DNA from: Chitinophagaceae bacterium
GTDB taxonomy: Bacteria > Bacteroidota > Bacteroidia > Chitinophagales > Chitinophagaceae
Direction: 5' to 3'
Length of the DNA stretch: 24,000 bases
Assembly: GCA_035628135.1 (NCBI GenBank)
Contig: DASPKM010000011.1
Coordinates: 169,093 to 193,092 of the forward strand
A program made the translations under genes and the position numbers. How positions within the stretch are numbered: the stretch's first letter is position 1; each line of letters opens with the position of its first letter. Shown here one piece after another: positions 1 to 9,481 of this stretch. Under the pieces are notes generated by a model. It saw only the letters and a program-made list of their open reading frames with translations, searched no databases and was not told the origin of the DNA.

Positions 1-759
1 TAAAGTTGCTCCTTTCCACTCTGCCGCCTGCACTTCCTGGAAAAATTTATTACGGATCATTCTCACCGGGGTCAGTTGTTTCAATGTAAGCGCCGTGTCT
101 CCCTCGTTTGCCGCTATCACTGCTTCCTTGAACTTTGTGTGCGACGATGCTTCTTCACTCGCTACAAACCTGCTGCCCACCTGCACACCTTCCGCTCCCA
201 TCACCATCGCTGCCAGCATCTGTCTGCCCGTGGCTATGCCTCCCGCTGAAATTACGGGAATTTTTACTGATGCACAAACCGCTGGCACCAAAATCATAGT
301 GGTCGTTTCTTCCCGGCCGTTATGGCCTCCTGCCTCAAACCCTTCGGCCACCACCGCATCACAACCGGCTTCCTCGGCCTTTAGTGCAAATTTACTGCTA
401 CTAACAACATGCACCACCTTGCACCCATGTTCCTTTAAGACGCTCGTCCAGGTTTTAGGGTTACCGGCAGACGTAAAAATAATCGGCACTTTTTCATCGA
501 TCACTACCTGGATGTGCTTGTCAATATCCGGGTAAAGCAGCGGGATGTTCACTCCAAAAGGCCTGGACGTGGCAGCTTTACACTTGATAATGTGCTCTCT
601 TAAGACATCGGGGTACATGCTTCCGCTGCCTATCAGTCCTAATCCCCCTGAATTACTCACTGCGCTCGCTAAACGCCATCCGCTGGCCCAGATCATGCCT
701 GCCTGCACAATGGGGTAGTCAATGTTGAACAAACGCGTAACCCGGTTTTGAAACTGCAT
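1..759 (-). CDS. NAD(P)H-dependent flavin oxidoreductase of the nitronate monooxygenase / FabK (enoyl-ACP reductase II) family. The C-terminus lies beyond the window start.
   Basis: Not in the ORF track because it runs off the edge. My own reverse-strand translation from the ATG at 757-759 gives MQFQNRVTRLFNIDYPIVQAGMIWASGWRLASAVSNSGGLGLIGSG...FGVNIPLL...AEGFEAGGHNG...IPVISAGGIATGRQMLAAMVMGAEGVQVGSRF. This is collinear with FabK/NMO TIM-barrel FMN enzymes and stays open in frame to position 1. Confidence 0.85.
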   Translation of the reverse strand, partial: MQFQNRVTRLFNIDYPIVQAGMIWASGWRLASAVSNSGGLGLIGSGSMYPDVLREHIIKCKAATSRPFGVNIPLLYPDIDKHIQVVIDEKVPIIFTSAGNPKTWTSVLKEHGCKVVHVVSSSKFALKAEEAGCDAVVAEGFEAGGHNGREETTTMILVPAVCASVKIPVISAGGIATGRQMLAAMVMGAEGVQVGSRFVASEEASSHTKFKEAVIAANEGDTALTLKQLTPVRMIRNKFFQEVQAAEWKGATL

Positions 760-772
760 GTCGGAAAAAAAA

Positions 773-842
773 TATATGACTAAATTAATATGGTTAAACT
801 CTTATCTAAGTGCTATATAACCATATAGCGGGCAGTCATATA
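773..842. repeat. Nested AT-rich inverted repeats, about 70 nt if folded as a stem-loop, lying between two minus-strand genes
   Basis: The outer arms are TATATGACT (773-781) and AGTCATATA (834-842). The inner arms are ATATGGTTA (788-796) and TAACCATAT (818-826). The apical region also contains CTATAT-AACC-ATATAG (813-828). Confidence 0.5.
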
Positions 843-867
843 ACAATTTAGTATTCTGTGTTTGCTT

Positions 868-1866
868 TTATCCTTCTCCTAAATCGATCTCCGTATTGTC
901 CCCGATATTCAGGCTGCGCGTTTCGCCTTTTACCTCTGTATCGCTGCCGATCAGCGACTGTGTCAGCACAATATCGAACAGGTCCGCATAGGAGCCGATG
1001 ATAGAATCTTTAATGATGGAGCATTTTATGGTGGTGCTCTCCCCGATGGTAACATTGGGGCCGATGATGGAATTGCTGATGGAGCATCCGGCGGCTATGC
1101 TAACCGGCGGCACGATGATGGTATTTTCGAAGGTCTGCTCGTCCGATATCTTGCCGCCGAACTTTTTCATGAGTATGGCATTGGAGGCCAGCAGCGTTTC
1201 CTTGCGGCCACAATCGAACCAGTTTTGCACCTTGAACGGCTTCATCTTGGCGCCATGCTTTATCATGCACTCAATGGCGTCTGTAAGGTTATACTCGCCG
1301 TGGCTGCGCAACTGGTTGCGCATATTGTTTTCCAGGCATTCGAACAGGTAGTTGGTTTCCCTGATGCGGTAAATGCCTACCAGCGCCATATTGCTCTTGG
1401 GTATCTGCGGCTTTTCAACCACCCTTTCAATAAAACCTTCTTCATCTATTTCGGCCACGCCAAAATTGCGCGGATCGTCTACGCGTTTCACTGCCAGCGA
1501 TGAATGCGGCAGTTCTGCCATTTCGCGGACATTGTACTCGCAAATGGTATCGCCCAGCACAATGAAGATCTCATCGTCCTTTACAATTTCCTTTGTAAGT
1601 AAAATGGCGTGCCCTATGCCCTGCCGTTCGTTCTGTTGCACAAAATGTGCGGACAGCTCAGGATATTTTTCTTTCACGAAGTCCTGGATCTTGTTGCCCA
1701 GATATCCTACGATGAATATGAATTCGTGTATCCCCGCTTCCCTGAGCTGATCTACAATAATGCTCAGGATGCTTTTACCAGCTAAGGGAATAAGAGCTTT
1801 GGGTTGCGTATAGGTATGAGGCCGTAGTTTGGTGCCGGCACCTGCTACGGGAATGATTGCTTTCAT
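868..1866 (-). CDS. Sugar-phosphate nucleotidyltransferase with an NTP-transferase fold and a C-terminal left-handed beta-helix
   Basis: 332-aa ORF. The N-terminal motif PVAGAGTKLRPHTYTQPKALIPLAG matches the G-x-G-T-R-x-P-x-T nucleotide-binding signature. The C-terminus has hexapeptide-like I/V-G-x repeats (SIIGPNVTIGESTTIKCSIIKDSIIGSYA). Confidence 0.85.
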   Translation of the reverse strand: MKAIIPVAGAGTKLRPHTYTQPKALIPLAGKSILSIIVDQLREAGIHEFIFIVGYLGNKIQDFVKEKYPELSAHFVQQNERQGIGHAILLTKEIVKDDEIFIVLGDTICEYNVREMAELPHSSLAVKRVDDPRNFGVAEIDEEGFIERVVEKPQIPKSNMALVGIYRIRETNYLFECLENNMRNQLRSHGEYNLTDAIECMIKHGAKMKPFKVQNWFDCGRKETLLASNAILMKKFGGKISDEQTFENTIIVPPVSIAAGCSISNSIIGPNVTIGESTTIKCSIIKDSIIGSYADLFDIVLTQSLIGSDTEVKGETRSLNIGDNTEIDLGEG

Positions 1867-2011
1867 TGAAAACGATTTGCACTTTTTAACCGATCACATC
1901 TGTTTGCCAGTTGCTCTAGTGTGAAAATGACTCAATGGCCCGTTCTTTCAAATCGAAAAAAGGCGTGTGAAAATAGTGAAATTCTTTTTAACGGGCACGC
2001 AATCAAAAAGT

Positions 2012-2040
2012 TTTGTTTCCGCGCCCAGTGTTTACTTTTG
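2012..2040 (+). promoter_or_regulatory. Candidate Bacteroidota sigma-A promoter for glyA
   Basis: TTTG at 2012-2015 and an exact TAnnTTTG match (TACTTTTG) at 2033-2040, separated by a 17-nt spacer. The -7 box ends about 40 nt upstream of the glyA ATG. Confidence 0.4.
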
Positions 2041-2081
2041 CCGGTATATAAGTGTTTCGTATCACCCATTCATCAAGCAAC

Positions 2082-3362
2082 ATGCAAAAAGACACCCTGG
2101 TTTTCGATCTCATACGCAAGGAGTTGGAACGCCAACGACAAGGAATTGAACTGATAGCCTCAGAAAATTTTACCAGCCTGCAGGTAATGCAAGCCATGGG
2201 CAATGTAATGACCAACAAATATGCAGAGGGTTATCCCGGCCGCCGCTATTATGGGGGATGCGAGATCGTTGACCAAACGGAACAACTCGCCATCGACCGC
2301 ATTAAACAGGTGTTTAATTGCGAGTATGCGAACGTGCAACCACACAGCGGCGCACAAGCCAATGCCGCATTGATGCTGGCGATATTGCAACCCGGCGATG
2401 CCATCCTGGGGCTTGACCTGAGCATGGGCGGCCATCTTACGCACGGATCGCCGGTTAACTTCAGCGGCAAATTGTACAAGCCGCATTTCTATGGCGTGGG
2501 CCGCGATACAGGGCTGATAGATTACGAGATGTTGGAACAGGAGGCACGGAAAATAAAGCCAAAGCTCATTATCTGCGGCGCATCGGCGTATAGCCGCGAC
2601 TACGATTACGAACGCATCCGCGCAGTGGCCGATGAAATCGGCGCATTTGTAATGGCCGACATTGCCCATCCTGCGGGATTGATCGCCAAAGGACTGCTGA
2701 AAGACCCATTTGAACATTGCCATTTTGTTACTTCTACTACCCACAAAACACTGCGCGGCCCCAGGGGCGGCATCATTCTCATGGGCAAGGATTTTGAAAA
2801 TCCTTTCGGACTAAAAGACCCGAAAGGCAATATCCGCATGATGAGCAACCTGCTGGACATGGCCGTATTTCCCGGTACCCAGGGCGGCCCGCTGGAACAT
2901 GTAATAGCGGCAAAGGCCATCGCCTTCGGCGAGCTGCTAACGGATGAATTTACCACCTATGCAAAGCAAATACAGGTAAATGCGCAAGCCATGGCAACCG
3001 CATTTACAAGCCGCGGCTATAACATCATCAGTGGCGGCACAGCCAATCACCTGATGCTGATAGACCTGCGGAATAAAAACCTTACGGGTAAAAAAGCGCA
3101 GGAAACGCTGGATAAAGCGCACATCACGCTCAATAAAAATGCGGTACCTTTTGATGATAAAAGTCCATTTGTTACATCAGGCATAAGAATTGGAGTTCCT
3201 GCCATTACCACCCGCGGCATGAAGGAGCAACATATGGAAACGGTGGTGGACCTGATAGACCAGGTGCTCATGAACATCGACGACCAATCAACCATCGACA
3301 ACGTGAGCAAGACGGTCAAGAACTTCATGCAGCAATTTCCATTATATCCTGAACTAGGTTAA
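2082..3362 (+). CDS. glyA: Serine hydroxymethyltransferase
   Basis: The ORF track gives 2052..3362 with a GTG start. I prefer the ATG at 2082 ([30 protein letters not shown]), which is the canonical SHMT N-terminus. The PLP-lysine region [14 protein letters not shown] is present. Confidence 0.95.
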   Translation: MQKDTLVFDLIRKELERQRQGIELIASENFTSLQVMQAMGNVMTNKYAEGYPGRRYYGGCEIVDQTEQLAIDRIKQVFNCEYANVQPHSGAQANAALMLAILQPGDAILGLDLSMGGHLTHGSPVNFSGKLYKPHFYGVGRDTGLIDYEMLEQEARKIKPKLIICGASAYSRDYDYERIRAVADEIGAFVMADIAHPAGLIAKGLLKDPFEHCHFVTSTTHKTLRGPRGGIILMGKDFENPFGLKDPKGNIRMMSNLLDMAVFPGTQGGPLEHVIAAKAIAFGELLTDEFTTYAKQIQVNAQAMATAFTSRGYNIISGGTANHLMLIDLRNKNLTGKKAQETLDKAHITLNKNAVPFDDKSPFVTSGIRIGVPAITTRGMKEQHMETVVDLIDQVLMNIDDQSTIDNVSKTVKNFMQQFPLYPELG

Positions 3363-3372
3363 ACAAAACAAT

Positions 3373-3798
3373 ATGATCCAACGTATACAATCCATCTGGC
3401 TGTTACTGGCGGCGGCCTTCGCATTTCTTACCTATACCATGGTGCTGTACATCGGCACGCTGGCAGATGGCACCAAAAAGACCTTTGCGCTCGGCGACCA
3501 CTTCCTGCTGGTGGCATGCATTATTGCTTTGGGCGCCCTTTCGCTCATCTGCATTTTTCTTTTTAAGAACCGGAAGGCGCAGTTGCGGTTGACCATACTC
3601 ACCATGGTGCTTACCATCGGGTATATTTTTCTTCAATACCTTATGATCGAGAGATTTAAAACAGAAAATGCCATTCAATCCGGTTCATACCAGGTTGCGG
3701 CATTGTTGCCGGTGGTCATGATCATCCTGCTGATCTTTGCGGCAAGAGGAATACATAAAGATCAAAAGCTCGTAAAAAGTCTTGACAGGCTGAGATAA
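3373..3798 (+). CDS. Small 4-TM membrane protein of unknown function, DUF4293-like (recalled from memory, not verified)
   Basis: 141-aa ORF starting 10 nt after the glyA stop. It has four hydrophobic segments, and the MIQRIQSIWLLLAA N-terminus is typical of a small conserved Bacteroidota membrane family. Confidence 0.7.
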   Translation: MIQRIQSIWLLLAAAFAFLTYTMVLYIGTLADGTKKTFALGDHFLLVACIIALGALSLICIFLFKNRKAQLRLTILTMVLTIGYIFLQYLMIERFKTENAIQSGSYQVAALLPVVMIILLIFAARGIHKDQKLVKSLDRLR

Positions 3799-3800
3799 AA

Positions 3801-3907
3801 GTCATTAAGTCATTAGGTCAATAAGTCAATAGATGACTGTAAAATAATAGGTCAATCAGGAAATGCTGATTGACCTATTGATTTATTGACCTAATGACCT
3901 AATGACC
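3801..3907. repeat. 107-bp imperfect palindrome whose arms are tandem 8-mers (GTCAWTAR). It probably acts as a bidirectional terminator hairpin between convergent genes.
   Basis: The left arm is gtcattaa-gtcattag-gtcaataa-gtcaatag (3801-3832). The reverse complement of the right arm (3875-3906) is gtcattag-gtcattag-gtcaataa-atcaatag, matching at 30 of 32 positions. An inner hairpin pairs taggtcaatcag with ctgattgaccta (about 3848-3877). No clear U-tract follows on either strand. Confidence 0.7.
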
Positions 3908-3914
3908 CAGTAAT

Positions 3915-5192
3915 TTACTGCTTCAATACAGTCTGGGTTATCTGCTGATCTTTCGACCTGTAAATGATATGGTATACGCCGCCTTGCAGTCCTGTGAAGT
4001 CTATCGGGCTAACCACGGCATTCTCCGGAACATTTACTTTCCTTACCACTACGCCTGATGCGTTGGAGATATGGATGGTAGTGCCGGCGGCAGCCTTCGG
4101 ATGCTCGACGTTCAGGATGCTGCGTACAGGGTTAGGAGTGGCTTTGATAAAAGTAACTGCCTTGCTCTTCACGCTAACGATATGGCTCATTTTATAATTG
4201 CCATCGAAGTCCATGATGCGGAGGCGGTAGAATCCGCTGCCTGCATTGCTGGCATCTACATAAGTATATTTCTTGCTTTGATTGGCGGTAACGGTGCCGA
4301 TCACACTAAATTGAATGCCGTTGTCGCTGCGCTGGATTTCGTAATTGGCTACGCCCTGCTCGTCGGATGCATCCCAGGTAAGCTTTACACCTGCGCCATC
4401 TTTTGCCGCATCGAACTTGTCGATCTTAACAGGCACTGCAGCACCGGTGAATGAGAACAGTATCTGGTCGAACTCTTGTGCTGCCCTGGCGCTCGCGCTG
4501 CTGGTATAGGTATTGGTGAAGCCAATGTACCCGTTGTTGAAATAGCTATAGGTATTATCGGTTACGGTGCCCTGTGATACGTTGGCATTGGTAGAGTTAG
4601 GGATTTCTGTAGCAATAGCCCCATTTCCACTGGTAGCAGGGAGAGGGGATGTAAATATCTCCCATTCGCCGGCAATACCTCTTGTTACCCGCAACAAGAA
4701 GCCGATATCGGTAAGGCCATTGGGTATAGACCCGGAAGAAGTAAGAATGTTCGTAGCCACGCCGTTGTCAACGCGCTGCAAAACCAATTCATCTCCGCCG
4801 GTATCATCTCCGATGCGGATCCTGTATCCATCCACAGTAGCACTGGTCAGGTCGGCTTCGCTTGCCCATAACCAGATCAGCGTAAAATTGGGATTGGTGT
4901 ATGCCTGTCCCCTTCTTCCTACAAAAAAGCCCCAGGTTTGGGCGGTAGCCCAGGTGCCCGGTACCTGCGTAGAAAGGTAAGACGTGCCGCCGCCGTTTAC
5001 CCCATTAAGTCGCAGGGTGTTGGAGCCGGCAGCTCCGGCAGCCACATCGCTGGCAACTATTTGCCAGTCGGCGGTATTGCCGCCCCAGGCAGGACCGGTA
5101 GTAAAGTCGCCATCGTTAAATGATTCATTCACCTGCGCCATGCCCGTTAGTGAAATGCCCAGCAACGCCCAAAAAGTAAAAATCCTTTTCAT
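3915..5192 (-). CDS. Secreted protein of unknown function carrying a T9SS C-terminal sorting domain
   Basis: 425 aa. It has a signal peptide (MKRIFTFWALLGISLTGMAQ). The central region is beta-rich and Ig/Fn3-like (KLTWDASDEQGVANYEIQRSDNG). The C-terminal ~75 aa (ATPNPVRSILNVEH...GVYHIIYRSKDQQITQTVLKQ) look like a type-A Por/T9SS sorting domain. Confidence 0.85.
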   Translation of the reverse strand: MKRIFTFWALLGISLTGMAQVNESFNDGDFTTGPAWGGNTADWQIVASDVAAGAAGSNTLRLNGVNGGGTSYLSTQVPGTWATAQTWGFFVGRRGQAYTNPNFTLIWLWASEADLTSATVDGYRIRIGDDTGGDELVLQRVDNGVATNILTSSGSIPNGLTDIGFLLRVTRGIAGEWEIFTSPLPATSGNGAIATEIPNSTNANVSQGTVTDNTYSYFNNGYIGFTNTYTSSASARAAQEFDQILFSFTGAAVPVKIDKFDAAKDGAGVKLTWDASDEQGVANYEIQRSDNGIQFSVIGTVTANQSKKYTYVDASNAGSGFYRLRIMDFDGNYKMSHIVSVKSKAVTFIKATPNPVRSILNVEHPKAAAGTTIHISNASGVVVRKVNVPENAVVSPIDFTGLQGGVYHIIYRSKDQQITQTVLKQ

Positions 5193-5323
5193 AATTGAAA
5201 TGATTAAGTTAGAAAGTTAATAAATGGCTCAGAGGAAGGTTTTCTGGTGGGGTGGCTTTTGGCAGGATAACAGGAAAGGATCGGAAAAGTACGTATTTTC
5301 TCATAATAGCAAGCGCTGCGAAT

Positions 5324-5369
5324 AAAAAAATCCAACGGCAGGCCATGTACCGGTACGGGCTGCCCATGG
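5324..5369 (-). terminator. Candidate rho-independent terminator on the minus strand
   Basis: The minus strand reads ccatgggcagcc-cgtaccggtacat-ggcctgccgttgg followed by A+TTTTTTT. The stem blocks are cca/tgg, ggcag/ctgcc and cc/gg, with an internal loop. It sits about 295 nt downstream of the uvrA stop and about 130 nt upstream of the T9SS cargo start. Confidence 0.45.
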
Positions 5370-5664
5370 TTTGAGCGGGGTCCGTAGTGGTACACGGCCG
5401 TAAACGTTGGTTTTGTAATAGCAGTAAGCATCGCCGATATGCTGAACATACCTGTATTTTAAACAAAATGGATAATTAACCTAACGGTTCAGGAGATGGA
5501 TAAATGCTGGAGATTCTAAAGGGATATCGGGTACAGATGCGATGATATGGTTTAAACGATATTAACCGGCACGGAAGTAAGCAAAGGGAAAATATCGATT
5601 CAAATGTAATGCGCCCTTTTGGCCTTTGCAAGCCCTCCAGGGCCCGTTAACAAAAAAATTGTAA

Positions 5665-8478
5665 TTATTGATCGAAATGAAGTGCGGTTATACTTTCACG
5701 GGACTTTTTCAGGTTGTCCGGCGTACCCGCAAACACCAGGCTGCCGCCCTTGTCGCCCGCCTCGGGCCCCAGGTCTATCACCCAATCGGCCGAGCGGATC
5801 ACATCCATGTTATGTTCTATCACCAATATGGAATGTCCCTGCCCGATGAGCGCATTAAATGAGGCCAGCAGCTTATTGATATCATGAAAATGCAGGCCGG
5901 TAGTAGGCTCATCGAAAATGAAAAGGATGTGCCCATGACCTTTGCCCTTGCCGAGGAAGGATGCCAGTTTCACGCGCTGCGCTTCGCCACCGGACAGCGT
6001 ATCGGACGACTGCCCGAGCTTTACATAGCCCAGCCCTACATCGCCAAGCGGTTTAATGGCGTTGACAAGGGATTTTTCTCCCTTGAAAAATTCAAGGGCG
6101 GCATCCACGCTCATTTCCAGTACATCATGTATGCTCTTACCGTTATAGGTTACTTCCAGCACTTCTTCCTTGAACCGCCTGCCACCGCAGACTTCACATA
6201 CCAGGTGCACATCGGCCAGGAACTGCATTTCCACCACCTGCTCGCCTTCGCCTTTACAGGCGTCGCAACGGCCGCCATCTACGTTGAAAGAAAAATGCTT
6301 TGCCTGGAAACCGCGCATCTTAGACAACGGCTGCTTCGAATACAGGTCCCGGATATCATCATATGCTTTTATGTAGGTAACAGGATTGCTGCGCGATGAT
6401 TTTCCGATGGGGTTTTGGTCAACCATCTCTATTTGCGTGATGTAATCCACATCGCCGCTGATGGTTTTGTGCATGCCAACCTTGTCTACATACTCGCCCT
6501 TTATTTTTTTCAATGCGGGATATAATATCTGCCGCACCAGGGTGGTTTTACCGCTGCCGCTTACGCCGCTTACCACGCAAAGCACGTTCAATGGAAATTC
6601 AACCGTGATGTTCTGCAGGTTGTGCTGGCGCGCTTCTTCTACTGTTACTGACCGGTTCCACTTGCGTGGTTTATCGGGTGGTTTGATGCTTAGCTCGCCT
6701 GAAAGGTATTTTGCGGTAAGGCTTTTTTCGTTGCCGATGATGGCATTGTAATCGCCGGCGGCAATTACTTCGCCGCCGAGGTGCGCGGCCAGTGGCCCCA
6801 TATCTATGATATGGTCTGCTTCGCGCATCATCATTTCGTCGTGTTCCACCACTACCACCGTATTACCAAGGTCGCGCAGGTTCTTCAATACCTTGATCAG
6901 TCTTGCCGTGTCGCGTGAATGCAAGCCGATGGAAGGTTCGTCGAGTATGTATAGTGAATTGGTAAGGTTGCTGCCGAGGGAACGGGTGAGCTGTATGCGC
7001 TGGCTCTCGCCCCCGCTCAGGCTATTGGCCAGTCGGTTGAGCGTCAGGTAGCCGAGGCCTACATCGAGCAGCGTGTCCAATCGCTGGTAGATTTCCAGCA
7101 AAATGCGTTTGGCCACCTGCTGGTCGTAGGCCGACAATTGCAGTTGGTTGAACCAGGTGCGCAGATCTCTTACCTGCATTTCGCAAAGCTCACCGATGTG
7201 CATGCCGCCCACCTTCACATACAAAGCTTCCTTTCTAAGCCGGTAGCCCTGGCATTCGGAGCAGGTGGTGCGGCCGCGGTAGCGGCTAAGCAATACGCGG
7301 TATTGCACCTTGTACAGGTTCTGTTCCACCTCTTTGAAAAAATCGTTGATGCCATGGGCATGGTCATTACCCTCCCACAATATGCGGTATTGGTCCTTAG
7401 TAAGGTCAATGATGGGTTTGTGAACGGGAAAATCGAATTTGCGGGCCGCCTTGATGAATTGTTCGCGCCACCATCCCAGCTTTTCGCCTTTCCAAGGAGC
7501 TATCGCCCCTTCATATACACTCAACCGGCGGTCGGGGATTACCAGGTCTTCATCAATTCCCAATACCTGGCTGAAGCCTTCGCAAACCGGGCAGGCCCCA
7601 AAGGGATTGTTGAATGAGAACAGGTTGGGTACCGGCTCTTCGAACTGCATTCCATCCAGCTCGAAGCGGTTATTGAAATGGAGCAGCAGGTTGCCGTTCA
7701 CTTCAACGTACAGGTCGCCCTCGCCTTCATAAAATGCGGTGCCGATTGAATCGGCGAGGCGGTGCCGGTCGTCATCATCGAATGTTTTTACCACGATGCG
7801 GTCTACCAATACATAGGCGGCGCCGGCCGGATATTTCAGTGGGCCTTCCTTAGCAATCTCTTCCTCGATGCGCAGCACCTGGCCATTGACGTACAATCTT
7901 GAAAAGCCTTTTTGAGAAAGGATATTCAGCTCTTCGCTGGCCTGGCGGTTGCGGTGCTGGCGGAATGGTATTAATATAAATGCTTTGTCGCCCGTATTCA
8001 GTTTGCTGATGGCATCCACCACATCGTTCACGTCATCTTTTTTAACCTCCCGGCCGCTAACGGGTGAAATGGTTTTACCGATGCGTGCATATAATAATCT
8101 TAGGTAATCGTATAGCTCGGTCATGCTGCCCACGGTTGACCGCGGCGTGCGGGTAATTACTTTTTGTTCGATGGCTATGGCCGGGCAAAGGCCGCGGATA
8201 TAGTCCACATCGGGCTTGTTCATGCGCATCAAAAACTGTCGTGCATAAGCGCTTAGGCTTTCAGCATAGCGGCGCTGCCCTTCGGCAAAAAGCGTATCGA
8301 TGGTAAGAGAAGATTTGCCGGAACCCGAAACGCCGGTTACTACTACCAGTTTGTTGCGGGGTATCTCGACCGTAATATTTTTAAGGTTATGGACCCGTGC
8401 TCCCTTAATAATGATGCCGTCTTGCTTTTCCGGCGGCCTGCTCAATGTCTTTTTCGACGCTGTTAGTGAAGTTCCCAT
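5665..8478 (-). CDS. uvrA: Excinuclease ABC subunit A
   Basis: 937 aa. It has two ABC ATPase modules with Walker A motifs GVSGSGKSS and GVSGSGKTT and signature motifs LSGGESQR and LSGGEAQR. Zinc-finger cysteines CPVCEG, CSECQG and CDACKGEG...CEVCGG are present. Length and domain order are canonical for UvrA. Confidence 0.97.
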   Translation of the reverse strand: MGTSLTASKKTLSRPPEKQDGIIIKGARVHNLKNITVEIPRNKLVVVTGVSGSGKSSLTIDTLFAEGQRRYAESLSAYARQFLMRMNKPDVDYIRGLCPAIAIEQKVITRTPRSTVGSMTELYDYLRLLYARIGKTISPVSGREVKKDDVNDVVDAISKLNTGDKAFILIPFRQHRNRQASEELNILSQKGFSRLYVNGQVLRIEEEIAKEGPLKYPAGAAYVLVDRIVVKTFDDDDRHRLADSIGTAFYEGEGDLYVEVNGNLLLHFNNRFELDGMQFEEPVPNLFSFNNPFGACPVCEGFSQVLGIDEDLVIPDRRLSVYEGAIAPWKGEKLGWWREQFIKAARKFDFPVHKPIIDLTKDQYRILWEGNDHAHGINDFFKEVEQNLYKVQYRVLLSRYRGRTTCSECQGYRLRKEALYVKVGGMHIGELCEMQVRDLRTWFNQLQLSAYDQQVAKRILLEIYQRLDTLLDVGLGYLTLNRLANSLSGGESQRIQLTRSLGSNLTNSLYILDEPSIGLHSRDTARLIKVLKNLRDLGNTVVVVEHDEMMMREADHIIDMGPLAAHLGGEVIAAGDYNAIIGNEKSLTAKYLSGELSIKPPDKPRKWNRSVTVEEARQHNLQNITVEFPLNVLCVVSGVSGSGKTTLVRQILYPALKKIKGEYVDKVGMHKTISGDVDYITQIEMVDQNPIGKSSRSNPVTYIKAYDDIRDLYSKQPLSKMRGFQAKHFSFNVDGGRCDACKGEGEQVVEMQFLADVHLVCEVCGGRRFKEEVLEVTYNGKSIHDVLEMSVDAALEFFKGEKSLVNAIKPLGDVGLGYVKLGQSSDTLSGGEAQRVKLASFLGKGKGHGHILFIFDEPTTGLHFHDINKLLASFNALIGQGHSILVIEHNMDVIRSADWVIDLGPEAGDKGGSLVFAGTPDNLKKSRESITALHFDQ

Positions 8479-8736
8479 AGAAAGACTGCAAAAATACCAT
8501 ATTCCATTTTAAGTACTTTCCCCTAATCGATTCTTATGCAAACGTTAAGGAAAGAAAAAATTTGCATTTCGTGTTGTTATTATCAAAATTTGGCTATCTT
8601 TAGAAGGAAATTTGTACCTATTCGAATAAACTAAACACTTCTGCCTATCGACAATCGCTTCTACACACAGAAAAGCCGTTTCTAATTTAAAATCCCATAA
8701 TAATATCCTATAACCTTCAAAAACCCGTAGAAGTTT

Positions 8737-9318
8737 ATGAAATCGCTACGTTCTATGACGGATCATGAACTGATCCAAGACTTCCAGGAAGGAAATCTCC
8801 ATGCCCTGGAAACACTCATCCTTCGCCACAAGGATAAGCTGTACACTTCCATTTTGTTCCTTGTAAAAGACAAATACCTTGCCGAAGACATCTTCCAGGA
8901 TGTTTTGATCAAAGTGATCGATACCATCCGTGGTGGCAGGTATACCGAAGAAGGAAAGTTTTTGCCCTGGGCCATGCGTATTGCGCACAACCTTTGCGTA
9001 GACCATTTCCGCAAGGTGAAGCGGACACCCGCTATTAAAACCAGCGACGACCGCGACATTTTCGAAGTGATCAACTTCACAGAGGACGGAGCCGACGTAA
9101 AAATGATGAAACGTCAAAGCCACGACCGCGTACGCCAAATGCTCGAACTGCTTCCCGAAGACCAGCGCGAAGTGATCGTACTACGCCACTACGCCGACCT
9201 GAGCTTCAAGGAAATCGCATCGCTTACAAATTGCAGCATCAACACAGCCCTGGGAAGAATGCGCTACGGCCTGATAAACCTGCGCAAAATGATGATGCAG
9301 AAAAAAATAGCATTATAG
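8737..9318 (+). CDS. ECF-type sigma-70 family RNA polymerase sigma factor
   Basis: 193 aa. The sigma region 2 (ED(I)FQDVLIKV...FLPWAMRIAHNLCVDHFRK) and region 4 (REVIVLRHYADLSFKEIASLTNCSINTALGRMRYGLINLRK) are both recognisable. Confidence 0.9.
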   Translation: MKSLRSMTDHELIQDFQEGNLHALETLILRHKDKLYTSILFLVKDKYLAEDIFQDVLIKVIDTIRGGRYTEEGKFLPWAMRIAHNLCVDHFRKVKRTPAIKTSDDRDIFEVINFTEDGADVKMMKRQSHDRVRQMLELLPEDQREVIVLRHYADLSFKEIASLTNCSINTALGRMRYGLINLRKMMMQKKIAL

Positions 9319-9402
9319 AAATCCTTTAATCTCTACGCTAGTACGAAAACGGAACGGAACCAATACTCACAATCAATGAGAATCAGATGAATCAAAGATA
9401 TT

Positions 9403-9469
9403 GTCATTCTGGCCCTCTGACCGACTAATAAACCTATTGCTTGCCGTTGGAATGTTGGAACAGAATGAC
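9403..9469 (+). other. Long-range 9-bp stem in the sigma-factor 3' region
   Basis: GTCATTCTG (9403-9411) is the exact reverse complement of CAGAATGAC (9461-9469). The structure lies 12 nt upstream of the terminator hairpin. Confidence 0.35.
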
Positions 9470-9481
9470 GCCTAATTAAAA

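Noticed and set aside
95-535. 146-aa plus-strand ORF at the left edge
   Set aside because: It is antisense to the clearly homologous FabK/NMO-family CDS (1..759, minus). The translation is Ser/Ala/Thr/Pro-rich with no domain features.
5204-5466. Two overlapping minus-strand ORFs (81 and 85 aa) in the long intergenic gap
   Set aside because: Both read through the predicted terminator hairpin and T-tract. Their composition is Pro/Arg/Cys-rich and unlike real small proteins, and no promoter or start context supports them.
5884-7732. Several 80-170-aa plus-strand ORFs inside uvrA (5884..6399, 7138..7617, 7439..7732 and others), with similar ones inside glyA, metG and dsbD
   Set aside because: All are antisense or out of frame to canonical full-length housekeeping genes, and none has independent support.
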